From positions 1 to 64,000 of the forward strand of contig JAPDJI010000020.1 of assembly GCA_029259155.1 (NCBI GenBank): DNA of 64,000 bases, written 5' to 3'. This stretch comes from Candidatus Methanomethylicia archaeon. Its GTDB lineage: Archaea > Thermoproteota > Methanomethylicia > Nezhaarchaeales > B40-G2. This document shows, piece by piece, positions 19,342 through 29,436 of the stretch (its first letter is position 1; each line of letters begins with the position of its first letter). The notes under the pieces were generated by a model, which was not told where the DNA came from, did not search any database, and was given only the letters and a program-made list of their open reading frames with translations. The translations under genes and the position numbers were made by a program.

Positions 19342-20604
19342 TTAATCTAAGAGGAGGGTGCTCATGGAGGCTGAGGGAAGCCCCTCCTCTATTCTGATCA
19401 GTTCATTTAGTTTTGCTATGCGCTCCCCGCCAACCACTCCAGTCTTGATAAGGGGGGCTGAGAAGCCTACTGCTATATGGGCCAACGCTTCATCCTCAGT
19501 CTCGCCTGAGCGGTGGGAGACTACGATGATAAAACCATTAGATTTAGCCAAGCTAACAGTGTTGAAGGCGTCGGTTAAAGTGCCTACCTGATTAGGCTTA
19601 ATTATTATGGCGTTAGCCGCCTTCAACTCCACCCCTCTCCTAAGCCTCTCTACATTGGTGGTGAAAAGGTCATCTCCACAGACTAAACAAGGCTTAACCA
19701 GCTTAGTTAGCTTAGCGAAGCTATCGTAGTCCTCTTCATGGAAGGGGTCTTCAACGTAGAGGAGCCTAAAGTCCTTGACAAGCCCCTCAATAAAAGCTAA
19801 CTGCTCATCGGGTGTACGGTTAACCCCCTCACCGGCGTAGCGGTAAACTTTACTTGACTCATCCCACAGCGAGGATGCAGCTACATCTATACCAAGCCCT
19901 ACTTTACATCCTAGCTCGTCTCCTACTTCATCGCACACCTCGCGTACAATCCCTAATGCTTGTTCAGCGCTAAGCTTAGCCACCCAGGCGCCTTCATCAG
20001 TCTTGCCTCCGGAAAAAGTCGGGTCAAGCTTAGCTATGCGTTTAGGGAGCCTTCGATGTACCTCCGCGTTCACCCTGAGCGCCACATGCGCAGAGGAAGC
20101 ATTCAAGGGGAACACAAGTATTTCTTGGATGTCTAAGGCCTTAGCAGCAGCATGTTTACCTCCTCCCAAAACGTTGCCTAAAGGTGCAGGTATAGTAGTA
20201 GCCAATGCACCTCCAAGCCACCTATAAAGCGGAAGACCCAGAGAGGAGGCTGCTGCCTTAGCAGCAGCAATGGAGCAGGCTATAGCCATCGAGCCTCCTA
20301 TCCTAGAGAAGTTCGGCGTGCCGTCCACCTCCTTCAAGGCTTCATCTACTCCTTTCTGGTCCGAGGCGTCCATACCAACCAGCTTAGGTGCGACCAGTTC
20401 TTCGAAAAGCCTTAAAGCCTCATCCACTCCTCCACGAGGGAAAGCCACTGCTTCGTGGACACCTACGCTCGCACCTGCTGGAGCTGAGTAACGTCCATAG
20501 CCACCGGTAGTTTCAAGCTCCACCTCTATGGTCAAGCTACCTCGACTATCAAATACCTTACGTGCCCTAGCAGCCTCAATGACAGCTAAGCCATCCAAAA
20601 GCAA
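19342..20604 (-). CDS. eno: Enolase
   Basis: DSRG, EDPF, GDDL, IKPNQVGT, SHRSGET, KLNELIRIEE. Confidence 0.96.
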   Translation of the reverse strand: MLLDGLAVIEAARARKVFDSRGSLTIEVELETTGGYGRYSAPAGASVGVHEAVAFPRGGVDEALRLFEELVAPKLVGMDASDQKGVDEALKEVDGTPNFSRIGGSMAIACSIAAAKAAASSLGLPLYRWLGGALATTIPAPLGNVLGGGKHAAAKALDIQEILVFPLNASSAHVALRVNAEVHRRLPKRIAKLDPTFSGGKTDEGAWVAKLSAEQALGIVREVCDEVGDELGCKVGLGIDVAASSLWDESSKVYRYAGEGVNRTPDEQLAFIEGLVKDFRLLYVEDPFHEEDYDSFAKLTKLVKPCLVCGDDLFTTNVERLRRGVELKAANAIIIKPNQVGTLTDAFNTVSLAKSNGFIIVVSHRSGETEDEALAHIAVGFSAPLIKTGVVGGERIAKLNELIRIEEGLPSASMSTLLLD

Positions 20605-20653
20605 ACCCCATGCAGTGATAAAGCGATACGCTAGATAAAAGTAACCCGGCGCC

Positions 20654-20857
20654 TCAGTAGCTAGGCCTCTTAAACTTTAACACTTCATCTATGGCTTCTA
20701 TGTGGCTAATGAGCATCCTCCTACAGCAATACCTTGTCACTCCTAGGTCATCGAGAACTTTACCTGGCGCTTCCCCTTCCTTAACCCTTCGGCTGAACTC
20801 CTCCCAGAGGTGGCCTATGGGCCTACCGCAAGTAAAACACCTTACAGGTATTATCAC
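20654..20857 (-). CDS. rpo10: RNA polymerase subunit Rpo10 (RpoN)
   Basis: [10 protein letters not shown]...RYCCRRM. Confidence 0.97.
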   Translation of the reverse strand: MIIPVRCFTCGRPIGHLWEEFSRRVKEGEAPGKVLDDLGVTRYCCRRMLISHIEAIDEVLKFKRPSY

Positions 20858-20896
20858 GTTAACTCACCTCCTACTCTCTCCTTCTCCACAAGGAAG

Positions 20897-21350
20897 TTAC
20901 CGGAAGTTACCTATAGCTATTGCATCCAACCCTGTACTGAAAAACGTCCGTATAGCGTCTTGAGGCGTAAGGACTATGGGCTTACCTTTATCATTAAATG
21001 AGGTGTTCAGCACTACCGGTATTGATTTCTCCGACTCGAAGTTTTCGATCAGCTTATAGTACTTAGGGTTTACGTCGCGCTCAAGGATCTGCGGCCGAAC
21101 CGTGCCATCTACATGGTTCGTTGCAATAATCTCCTTCAGCTTACCATCTCTAACCTTTAAGCTGAATAGCATAAACCTAACTAAGAAGAAGACCTCTAAA
21201 TATTCTTTAGCTGCCCTATTAAGCATGGTTTGGGCGAAAACCCTCCAAGGCTCCCTATGCTTAACCTCGTTGTTCACCTTATCTTTCATTGAAGATAGCC
21301 ATGGTCTGCAAGAATACTCCTATTCCCCAGAGCTCTCTAGGATACTCGAA
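20897..21350 (-). pseudogene. NodU/CmcH-family carbamoyltransferase, C-terminal remnant
   Basis: Frameshifted RALGNRSILAD followed by VKHREPWR, HVDGTVRPQ, VLNTSFN..GKPIV.TP.DA. Confidence 0.85.
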
Positions 21351-21703
21351 ATTAACTGGCACTTCACAAGGCCAGCCTTTAAGCCACGGCTTAACACTCA
21401 AAGACCCCCCAAGCCAAGCAAAACAAAGCCAACTTTAAAACCCCACACCACCCAAAGCCCTAAAAGGCCCTATGACTGAGCTCGCCCTCAGAGATGGAAG
21501 GGCGGTGCGCAATTACGAACTTAATCGTCACGTACGCTTAAAATGCCCATTAAGGGGCGGCCTTTTTTCTTACGCCTGCAGCACCTCTAGGTGTGTTTAA
21601 GACAGCAAAGGTTTATCAAGCCATTACTCCTCGGGCCTCCTTAATCTTCGTCGATGAGGGCTTTAACTTTAAAGAAGGTATGTGCGAGGTGCGTGGAGGG
21701 AGC

Positions 21704-23068
21704 CTATTCTCTAGCCTTCCACTGCGGTAACACATAGTCCTCCAGCCCAGCAAGTTTAACTCCAGCTATCGCTGCAGCTTCAACGGTTATCGCCCTTAAA
21801 TCCTCCTTGTTAAACTCCTTAACGCTCTTGTGGCCACACGCAGCCGCCAGCTGTGAAACCTCCTTAGTTACTGAATGCGTAAAGTTCACGATCCACTGTG
21901 CAGCTTGGTCGATGCCCTTACCTCCACCAAGCCTCTTCCTCAACTCTGGATCCTGCGTACATATACCTGCTTGACAATTGCCCGTCGAGCATTGACCGCA
22001 CATAGTACATCCAGCGGCGATCTCGATAGCCGACACCATGGCAACTGCGTCAGCGCCTAGGGCTAACGCTTTAGCTACGTCGGCGCCGTCCCTGAAACCG
22101 CCCATGGCTATTAACGCCACATCCTCCCTGACGCCAGCATCCTTCAGCGCTTGGACAGCAGCCGATATGATGGCCAGCGTCGGCAATCCCAAGGATTGGA
22201 TAGCTTGTTGTGGGCTCGCGCCGGTACCACCATACTTGCCGTCAATAGCTATGAAGTCGACGTCGCATTGCGTGGCGGCGTTAACTTCCCTACGTACATT
22301 GCCAGGGCCTAGCTTAACGCCTATGGGCTTTTCATAGCCCACGATGTCCCTTAATATATTGATCACCCTCTTGAGGTCGTCAACCGTCCTGATGTCTACG
22401 TGCCTGGCCGGGCTTAGACAGTCAGTGCCTTTTGGTATACCCCTAGTGTACGCAACCTCGTCGGTGACCTTCTCGCCTAGTAAATGCCCCCCAAACCCGG
22501 GCTTAGCTCCTTGACCGTACTTGATCTCTATGCCATCTGAGTTAATGAGGTACTCTACTGATACGCCCCATCTACCAGACGCAAACTGTACTAAGAGGTA
22601 GCCGTTAGGCTTAACATACTCATACTCTAGCCACTTAATCCTACCATCCTCCGCTCTCTCAGCAACCATGCCACCTTCCCCAGTGTTTGAGGCTGTGCCA
22701 ACCAGGTTGGCTGCCTTAGCGCATGCCAGCTTAAACTCCCTGCTGGTGGCGCCATAGCTCATGGCACCTATCATTATTGGAGTCTTCAGTTTGATAGGCC
22801 TCTTAACTCTACCATTACCGATGGTTACCGTTGTGTCGACGCTCTCCCTATACTGATCGACCGGTGGCGGCGTGCCCAGCCCATGGACAGGCACCAACTG
22901 CAAGTCATCAAAGTCTGGTAGTTTACCGCTGTAGCCAAAGCCTCTAATAATATATTTCCCGGTCTCAGCCCTATACCTTATTTCCTCTAGGACAGCCTTG
23001 TATATACTCGCTCCATAGCGCTTACCTACGATCTTAGCATAAAGCGGGTGCGCCATACGAGCCTGCAC
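21704..23068 (-). CDS. FMN-binding glutamate synthase family protein (GltB2/GlxD-like)
   Basis: MSYGA, NTGEGG, QFASGRWG, EIKYGQGAKPG.GGHL, C..C..C..G.C.AGICTQ. Confidence 0.9.
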   Translation of the reverse strand: MQARMAHPLYAKIVGKRYGASIYKAVLEEIRYRAETGKYIIRGFGYSGKLPDFDDLQLVPVHGLGTPPPVDQYRESVDTTVTIGNGRVKRPIKLKTPIMIGAMSYGATSREFKLACAKAANLVGTASNTGEGGMVAERAEDGRIKWLEYEYVKPNGYLLVQFASGRWGVSVEYLINSDGIEIKYGQGAKPGFGGHLLGEKVTDEVAYTRGIPKGTDCLSPARHVDIRTVDDLKRVINILRDIVGYEKPIGVKLGPGNVRREVNAATQCDVDFIAIDGKYGGTGASPQQAIQSLGLPTLAIISAAVQALKDAGVREDVALIAMGGFRDGADVAKALALGADAVAMVSAIEIAAGCTMCGQCSTGNCQAGICTQDPELRKRLGGGKGIDQAAQWIVNFTHSVTKEVSQLAAACGHKSVKEFNKEDLRAITVEAAAIAGVKLAGLEDYVLPQWKARE

Positions 23069-23758
23069 CTAGCCATAAAACGGTCTCAACTTGATAGGTA
23101 TGATCTTCCTAAATCCCTCGACATTGGTATTTATGCCGTATTTACCTAGTAGCGCTTTAAGCTTCTCCCTATCTTGATCTGTTAAGCTTACCTCTTGGGC
23201 GTTATTTCCTAGACCTTTACACTCACCAGCTATGAAAATTTCACCCCCAACGATCCAATCCCCTAAAGCTTCACCTGCATCCCCGGTAATCACTACCGTA
23301 CCACCTACCATGTAGAGCCCTACACTATCGCCCACTGAGCCGTCAACTATCACCGTTGCCCCCTTTAATAGCTGACCTACACCATCGCCCGCGTCTCCGT
23401 AAACCACCACCGTACCCCCATATGCGTATACACCTATATGATTGCCTGCGGAGCCCCTAACTACCACTTCACCGGCCCACGCGTTGTCTGCCAAGTATGC
23501 TCCCGCGTTACCATTGATTACTATTTTAGGCCCCATTTCACCGCGCTCTTTCTGCTCTCTTCTACCTATTAACATTGCTGCGCGTTCTCCGATATTACCT
23601 TCAACCTCAACCTCGCCACCATCAATCCCCGCTGCCAACCCATAGACTCTTTCAGCGTTCTTAACCTTAACCTTAAAGCCCTTAGCGATAGCCTCCCTTA
23701 TCCTGGCGTTTACTTCCTTTAATGAGAGCCGATAAGCATCTATAAGAACCTCGCCCAT
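23069..23758 (-). CDS. GXGXG beta-helix protein (GltB3/GlxC/FwdC-like)
   Basis: Repeated G.AG..G...GG.V units; directly upstream of the FMN subunit. Confidence 0.85.
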   Translation of the reverse strand: MGEVLIDAYRLSLKEVNARIREAIAKGFKVKVKNAERVYGLAAGIDGGEVEVEGNIGERAAMLIGRREQKERGEMGPKIVINGNAGAYLADNAWAGEVVVRGSAGNHIGVYAYGGTVVVYGDAGDGVGQLLKGATVIVDGSVGDSVGLYMVGGTVVITGDAGEALGDWIVGGEIFIAGECKGLGNNAQEVSLTDQDREKLKALLGKYGINTNVEGFRKIIPIKLRPFYG

Positions 23759-24076
23759 TCTGCATCAATGGTGCAAGCTAGCGCTTGCGATGGATATAAA
23801 TTTTACGGTGACGTTGCATGAAAGCTTTAATATTGTAAGAGCGGCATAGCCGTGACGTCGTTAACATCGAGGTGACAGAAGCAGGGCCCTCTACGTTGTT
23901 CACATGAGATAGACGTAGAGGGTAACATGATGAAGAGGCTCTAAGAAATAGTGTGGTAGAGCAAAGTGATGAAACGTGGGTACGTTGCTTTAAAGTCCAT
24001 TAAAGTCCACTACGGCGGGAATGTTGACGCAAGGCCAACTTTAAAGAGCAACGTTATAGAATTAAGTTTAAGCTCT

Positions 24077-24302
24077 CTACGCGAAGCATAGAAGAAAAAA
24101 GACTGCGATGTAGTATAGTTCATCAGGACGAATTCCAGGGGTTTTTAAGCAAAACTTAATAGCGTTGATAGGGGCGAACTCTAGGCGCGTGCTTAATGCC
24201 TATGAAGCGCTCTTCCTCAACAGCCGCGATCAGTTCACCATCCTTAATCTAGACAGCAGCGTTATTCCATGATATCGGCCTTGTAATGCCAAGAATGTAC
24301 AT
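24077..24302 (-). pseudogene. NodU/CmcH-family carbamoyltransferase, N-terminal remnant
   Basis: MYILGITRPISWNNAAV*IKDGELIAAVEEERFIGIKHAP, then frameshifted PINAIKFCL; TAG at 24251-24249. Confidence 0.85.
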
Positions 24303-24363
24303 AGAATTCCGAATCTTCTACGGCTTTACGTACCACTATATGAAGATTCTAGGACAAAGTTGA

Positions 24364-24771
24364 TTAACGATAAGACTTCTGCCTCTTGGCTCTTGCCGAC
24401 CTTCCTCTAGGCTTCTTAGGCTCGGCTTGGCGAGGATCCCCTACGAGCATGTGTCTATCATACTCCATGAAAACCTTCTCGAGTTCGGGCTTTTCAAACC
24501 ACTTCACAAAGCCCCTGGCAATGGCTATCCTAGCCGCTACGGCCTGCCCCATGAAGCCTCCACCCTTCACATCCACCTTAATATCCACAGCGTTGCGAAG
24601 ATCGTCGCCAACGAGAAGTAGAGGTTCCATTATCTTCAACCTGGCCATCTCAGGCTGATAAATTTCCAAGGGGATTCCGTTTATGTAGACCCTGCCCCTG
24701 CCCGGCTTAAATACAGCCCTAGCAATAGCTGTCTTCCGTTTTCCTGAGATCACAAGGACCTGTTTAGCCAG
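24364..24771 (-). CDS. rps9: 30S ribosomal protein S9
   Basis: [30 protein letters not shown]; start uncertain (CTG at 24771 or GTG at 24753). Confidence 0.93.
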   Translation of the reverse strand: MAKQVLVISGKRKTAIARAVFKPGRGRVYINGIPLEIYQPEMARLKIMEPLLLVGDDLRNAVDIKVDVKGGGFMGQAVAARIAIARGFVKWFEKPELEKVFMEYDRHMLVGDPRQAEPKKPRGRSARAKRQKSYR

Positions 24772-24807
24772 CTCTAAACCCCCCTAGCTCATGCTTCACG
24801 GAGGCTT

Positions 24808-25263
24808 TTAAGCCTTAGGAGGAGGCCAGCCGAAAAGAGCCGCCAGCTCACCCACTGTCATGAACTTTCGTAGTGATAGCTTAGAGGCGTCAGCCTCCTC
24901 CACCTTGATCATAGGTGACCCTTCATACTCCCTAGGCACACCTATGTAAACCTTTAACCTCTTGTAGGCCTCAAGCCCCCTTGGTTTCTTGTAGGGTAGC
25001 ATACCCCTTACCGTTAACTTAACTATTAAGTCCGGCCTCCTGATTTTCTTAGGCCCTTTCTCAGGGTCCTTAAGCCTCCTCTTAGCGAGCACATGATCCT
25101 TATACTCCTCCACGATGCTCTTCTTACTTCCTGAAATCACAGCCTTCTCAGCGTTTACAATCACTATTCTCTCGCCAGCTAGTAGCCTCTTAGCTACGTG
25201 GCTAGCCATCCTGCCCAGGATAAGGTTGGAGGCATCTATCACCACGGTGCTCAACGAGGTCAC
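24808..25263 (-). CDS. rpl13: 50S ribosomal protein L13
   Basis: IDA..LILGRMAS.VAK, VRGMLP. Confidence 0.95.
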   Translation of the reverse strand: MTSLSTVVIDASNLILGRMASHVAKRLLAGERIVIVNAEKAVISGSKKSIVEEYKDHVLAKRRLKDPEKGPKKIRRPDLIVKLTVRGMLPYKKPRGLEAYKRLKVYIGVPREYEGSPMIKVEEADASKLSLRKFMTVGELAALFGWPPPKA

Positions 25264-25628
25264 CTCATAATCTTGACCCTAGACCCTTTAGGGTTTAGCT
25301 TAACCAGCTCCTTTATCGTCAACCATCTTCCTCTAGCGTCCTCAATCTTCTCCTTAGCCTTCTTGGAGAAGCTGAAGGCAGCCACCGTGACAGGGTGGTC
25401 TAGAGAACCTGCGCCCAACACTTTACCCGGCACGACGACTACATCGCCCTCCTCAGTATACCTGTTGATACGGCTTAGGTTGACCGCTACTCGCTTCCTC
25501 CTAGGTTTAGCTAGCCTTCTAGCTACGTCAAGCCATATCCTAGCCCCATTAGCCCTCCAAGCCTTTCTCAGAAAGTAAATCAGCGACCTTAGCTGAGGGT
25601 TAGTGGCCTTAACCTCCACTTTAGCCAC
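25260..25628 (-). CDS. rpl18e: 50S ribosomal protein L18e
   Basis: VNLSRINR, VVPGKVLGAG, NPKGS. Confidence 0.95.
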   Translation of the reverse strand: MAKVEVKATNPQLRSLIYFLRKAWRANGARIWLDVARRLAKPRRKRVAVNLSRINRYTEEGDVVVVPGKVLGAGSLDHPVTVAAFSFSKKAKEKIEDARGRWLTIKELVKLNPKGSRVKIMR

Positions 25629-26445
25629 CTCCAGTCATCTTAGAAAGTTGAAAATTAAACTCCTCAGCCTTAGCCCTTAACACGTGGACCGCCTTTAACA
25701 CTATATCTGAGACCTTAAGGGTACCAGTGGACTCAACGAGAAAGACGAAGGTGGATTCATCCCATCCAACCTTCAAAGCTCCTTTTTCACAAACCCTCTC
25801 GCACTCCCTACATAAAGTACAGTCCACTACATTGGAGACCTTCACCGAGCCTTCTGAAAGCTTCAGCAATCCTTTAGGGCAGCTCTCGACGCAGGCACCG
25901 CATCCATCACACAGTGAGAGGTCCACCGCTATGACAGGCATGTACTTATAGGCACAAGCCGATGTGGGCTGCCACTTAGCATGGTCTTTTCCTAGCCCTA
26001 ACGTGGCGTAGGCTTCAAGCACGATGCTTTGACCTTGGCTAAGCTTAACGATAGGGATGTTATCGTAGACCGGCGCTACTTCTGGATCCTCAGGTTTCAG
26101 GTCGCTTGAGTAGACCGTTTTAGCTCCTTCCCCCTCCCACTTAACGTCCAAGTATAACCTAGCCTGGCAGAGTGAGCAGCCTGCCCCACCGCATTTACAC
26201 TCCTTCGACATAACGTAGCCGTCTTTAGGTGTCTTCAGAGGTATCATGGCTAACCGATGCGCCAAAATCTCGTCGTAGAGCACTGAGGAGTTCTCTATGA
26301 TGGCTACTTCATCTATGGCCATGCAGGGCACTTCAGCTATCATAATCCTCCTGAGCGCGTTGATAAAAGCTACATTAACCCCTCTCACGATGAAGCGTGC
26401 CTTGAAGTCGTCGAGCTCTAATACAGTTATCTCCAACACGTCCAC
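25621..26445 (-). CDS. rpo3: RNA polymerase subunit Rpo3 (RpoD) with ferredoxin-like insert
   Basis: NALRR, EILAHRLAMIP, HAKWQP; CDGCGAC...CP and CTLCREC...C. Confidence 0.96.
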   Translation of the reverse strand: MDVLEITVLELDDFKARFIVRGVNVAFINALRRIMIAEVPCMAIDEVAIIENSSVLYDEILAHRLAMIPLKTPKDGYVMSKECKCGGAGCSLCQARLYLDVKWEGEGAKTVYSSDLKPEDPEVAPVYDNIPIVKLSQGQSIVLEAYATLGLGKDHAKWQPTSACAYKYMPVIAVDLSLCDGCGACVESCPKGLLKLSEGSVKVSNVVDCTLCRECERVCEKGALKVGWDESTFVFLVESTGTLKVSDIVLKAVHVLRAKAEEFNFQLSKMTGGG

Positions 26446-26463
26446 CTTTAGGTGTAGTTTAAG

Positions 26464-26856
26464 CTATACCCTCCTACCCCTTCTACCTCCAGGCCTCCTA
26501 ATATGGTCATGCGGCAGAGGGGTTACATCCTCGATCTGCCCGATAAAAAGCCCAGCCCTAGCTAAGGCTCTTATAGCTGCCTGTGCGCCAGGACCGGGAG
26601 TTTTAGGGCCGCTTCCTCCTGCCGCTCTAACCCTTATGTGGACCGCGTTTATGCCCTTCTCCAAAGCTTGATGAGCAGCTCTAGTAGCCGCCAACATGGC
26701 TGCGTAGGGGGAAGGCTTTTCCCTATCAGCCTTGACTACCATGCCCCCAGAGGCTTTAGCTATCGTCTCAGCGCCTGTCAAGTCAGTTATCAGGATTAAA
26801 GTGTTGTTGAAGCTCGAGTAAATGTGAGCTATACCCCATTTAAGACCTGACATCAA
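26464..26856 (-). CDS. rps11: 30S ribosomal protein S11
   Basis: [32 protein letters not shown]. Confidence 0.97.
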   Translation of the reverse strand: MMSGLKWGIAHIYSSFNNTLILITDLTGAETIAKASGGMVVKADREKPSPYAAMLAATRAAHQALEKGINAVHIRVRAAGGSGPKTPGPGAQAAIRALARAGLFIGQIEDVTPLPHDHIRRPGGRRGRRV

Positions 26857-26870
26857 CCTGCACCTCCAAC

Positions 26871-27362
26871 TTAGCTAGGAGGAAGCGAGGCGTAGACGCT
26901 TCGCGGCGAGTAGCAAACCTTATCCTCTTCATCGCGGCCGACGATATAGCCTGGACAAGAAACCACTTGGTCCCCTATAGCTATGTGGCCGTGAGTTATG
27001 AGTTGACGGGCTTGATGGATAGTTTTAGCTAATCCCTTCCTGTAAACTACAGTCTGCAGCCTCCTTTCCAGTAGGTCGTTGACGGTAAGGCTAAGGACAT
27101 CGTCGAGCGTCGCCCCTGGGGGGAGAAGGTTCATCTTGACAAGTTTCTCTATTAGCTGGCACCTCCTCTCCTCGTCGGCCATGGCTAGGAGCCGCCTGGC
27201 TTGGTAGCGGATCTTCTCGATGATGTACTTCGCCTTCCACAGTTCATGCTTATTCCTTAAACCGTACTTGCCTAGAAGCTCGAGCTCCTGCTGGAGGACC
27301 TCACGTCTCCAAGGGTGGCGAGGGCCACGCCATTTCTTACGCTGCCGCTTAGGGTCACCCAC
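26871..27362 (-). CDS. rps4: 30S ribosomal protein S4
   Basis: [30 protein letters not shown]; GTG at 27362. Confidence 0.96.
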   Translation of the reverse strand: MGDPKRQRKKWRGPRHPWRREVLQQELELLGKYGLRNKHELWKAKYIIEKIRYQARRLLAMADEERRCQLIEKLVKMNLLPPGATLDDVLSLTVNDLLERRLQTVVYRKGLAKTIHQARQLITHGHIAIGDQVVSCPGYIVGRDEEDKVCYSPRSVYASLPPS

Positions 27363-27373
27363 GTCAAGCCACC

Positions 27374-27829
27374 TCACTTAGGCTTCCTAGCAACTCCAAT
27401 AGTTCTTCCCTTACGGCCTGTCGTCCTAGTCCTCTGTCCTCTAACCTTTAACCCCCAAGCATGTCTAAGTCCTCTCCAACACTTTATCTTCTTCATGAAG
27501 TCGATGTCGCTCTTAACCGCAAACTCCCAGTCAGCGCCTATCAGATGTAGGTCATCGCCCGTTTGAGGGTCACGTTGCCTATTCAAAACCCAGCTCGGGA
27601 TACCGTGCTTTAATGGATCTGCCAGCACTTCTTCTATCTTCTTTACGTTTTGATCTGTGAGGTAGCCAACCCTCATGTTAGGGTCTATCCCAGCCGTCCT
27701 AAGGATTATTCTGGCTAAGTTGAGCCCAACCCCTCTGATAAGGGCTAAACCATGTACAACCTTAAGAGTCCCATCTACGTCTAACCCAGCTATCCTAACT
27801 ATGTGCCTAAACTCTCCTCCTGCACTCAT
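27374..27829 (-). CDS. rps13: 30S ribosomal protein S13
   Basis: RGLRH..GLKVRGQRTRTTGR. Confidence 0.97.
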   Translation of the reverse strand: MSAGGEFRHIVRIAGLDVDGTLKVVHGLALIRGVGLNLARIILRTAGIDPNMRVGYLTDQNVKKIEEVLADPLKHGIPSWVLNRQRDPQTGDDLHLIGADWEFAVKSDIDFMKKIKCWRGLRHAWGLKVRGQRTRTTGRKGRTIGVARKPK

Positions 27830-27933
27830 TCCCGCCTTAACCCCTTCCTTGCAGGGAGGGAAGAAGGGGGGATGTTAATAAAGCCTTTCCTACATGCGGA
27901 GCTAGGCGTCCATCACCAGGTACAAACTAGGTA

Positions 27934-28037
27934 CGCCGGGGGTGGGACTTGAACCCACGAGGCCCGTAAAGGACCATAGGCTATACGGGGGACGCCTCTC
28001 CAGGCCTACCCCTTCGACCTATCTCGGGCACCCCGGC
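27934..28037 (-). tRNA. tRNA-Ser(GGA) with 15-nt intron at 37/38 (27997-27983)
   Basis: Acceptor GCCGGGG/CCCCGGC, G73, long variable arm, anticodon stem TAGGC/GCCTA; relaxed BHB (C.U mismatch in the central helix). Confidence 0.92.
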
Positions 28038-28070
28038 ATGATGGAGAGCCGCTCAGCTTCATATAAAGCT

Positions 28071-29071
28071 TTACGTCGTTTTACTCTTCCTCCATAGAGG
28101 AGGGTAAGTCCCAGGCTCCATGATCACCCTAGTGGTCCTAGCCACTAAGCCATGTTCAGCCTCTAAAATCTCCTCCGCTGACATTAAGGCTGAGGCTAAC
28201 GCTACTAACTCCCCTTTCTGGGTCATCAACGCTACTTCAGAGCCTTTCTTGATATCGCTCGTTAACCTTAGTACTCCTGGGGCGGCTAAGCTAGCGCCGT
28301 GACATATGGCGTCAACCGCCGTGTCTCTAACCACTATCTTAGGTACTTCCTCCACAACCTTCTCCATAGGCTGCACAGCCCTCCTAAGCCAAGCCTCGTC
28401 TCCGGTCTCCCTCCATAGATCATAGGCATCTTTAAGGTCGTGAAGGGTAACCAGCGTAGAATCCTCTTTAAAGGAGCCGCTTCGCGTACGTCTAAGCTCC
28501 TTCATGTGAGCCCCCACGCCAAGTATGAGGCCTATATCGTGGCAAAGCTTCCTGACATAAGTCCCGGCTTCACAGTGTACTTGCATGAGCACGAGGTTTC
28601 CTTGAACCTCCAGTACTTTAAGTTCGTAGATACGCCTAACCCTAAGCCTCCTCTTCACCGAGGCTCTCAGAGGAGGTTTCTGGTAGATAGGGCCTGTAAA
28701 CTCGCTGCAAACCTTCTTGACTTGGTCTTCGGGGACTGCTCCATGAAGCTGCATCAAGCAGATGTACTCCTTGGACACCTTGGACATCAACCAGAGCAGC
28801 TTCCTAGCTTTATTAAGGGCTATGGGCAGGATCCCTGTAACCTTAGGATAACCCCGCCTCCTCGATGAGGCTCTAGGGTCCCTCCATGCCCAGCCCTCTC
28901 CACACCCAATATTCGCTTAACCCAAGCGGTCACTTCATGGCTAGTTGGGCCAGGAGGCTTATCCAGGTTAATGACCCCTTTCTCCAAGTGCTGCTGGATG
29001 GTCCTCTCCTCAGGTCTACAACCATAATCCCAGAGAGGCTCCTCCTCATCTTTAACCAAGTACTCGTGCAT
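28071..29071 (-). CDS. cbf5: H/ACA pseudouridine synthase Cbf5, two exons (29071-28873 and 28849-28071), 325 aa after splicing
   Basis: DKPPGPTSHE, GHGGTL-D-PKVTG restored by removing 23 nt, GTYVR, PUA domain. Confidence 0.95.
28850..28872 (-). other. 23-nt BHB intron in cbf5 pre-mRNA splitting the catalytic Asp codon
   Basis: GGGA-CCCU-AG^A-GCCUC-AUCGAG-GAGGC-GGGG-UU^A-UCCU; the join gives G+AU = Asp. Confidence 0.93.
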
Positions 29072-29121
29072 CGATGCACCCTGCGAAAAGACATGAAGCT
29101 GCTTGATAAGCTTTAGCTTCA

Positions 29122-29406
29122 CTAAGCCAGTTGAGGTTTAACCTTAACCTTCATGAAGTTCAGCTTACCCTCAGCCTCCAACGCCCGCTTAACCTCGTCG
29201 TCAGAAGCTCCCTTTGAAACCTTAACCGTGTCCTCGAGGGGTATAAGGTGCTTAATGTTAGCCCTTCTACGCTTAACTCCACTGATCTCCTTAGGCCCAG
29301 TGACCAACGCGAAGTTGTCATCTATTAAGTCAACTATCACGCACTTTAACCCAGCTTCACGCCCCGTCGTCTTGACGCAAATCCTACCCACCTCGATCGA
29401 CGGCAA
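29122..29406 (-). CDS. rpl14e: 50S ribosomal protein L14e
   Basis: EVGRICVKTTGREAG.KCVIVD, GVKRRR.NIKHL. Confidence 0.95.
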   Translation of the reverse strand: MPSIEVGRICVKTTGREAGLKCVIVDLIDDNFALVTGPKEISGVKRRRANIKHLIPLEDTVKVSKGASDDEVKRALEAEGKLNFMKVKVKPQLA

Positions 29407-29436
29407 GGCATACCCTCCTTTAGCCCTCTACCACCT

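Noticed and set aside
23990-24010. Short tandem duplication TTAAAGTCCA x2
   Set aside because: Only two units in decayed DNA; not a CRISPR or iteron array. No CRISPR array was seen anywhere in the window.
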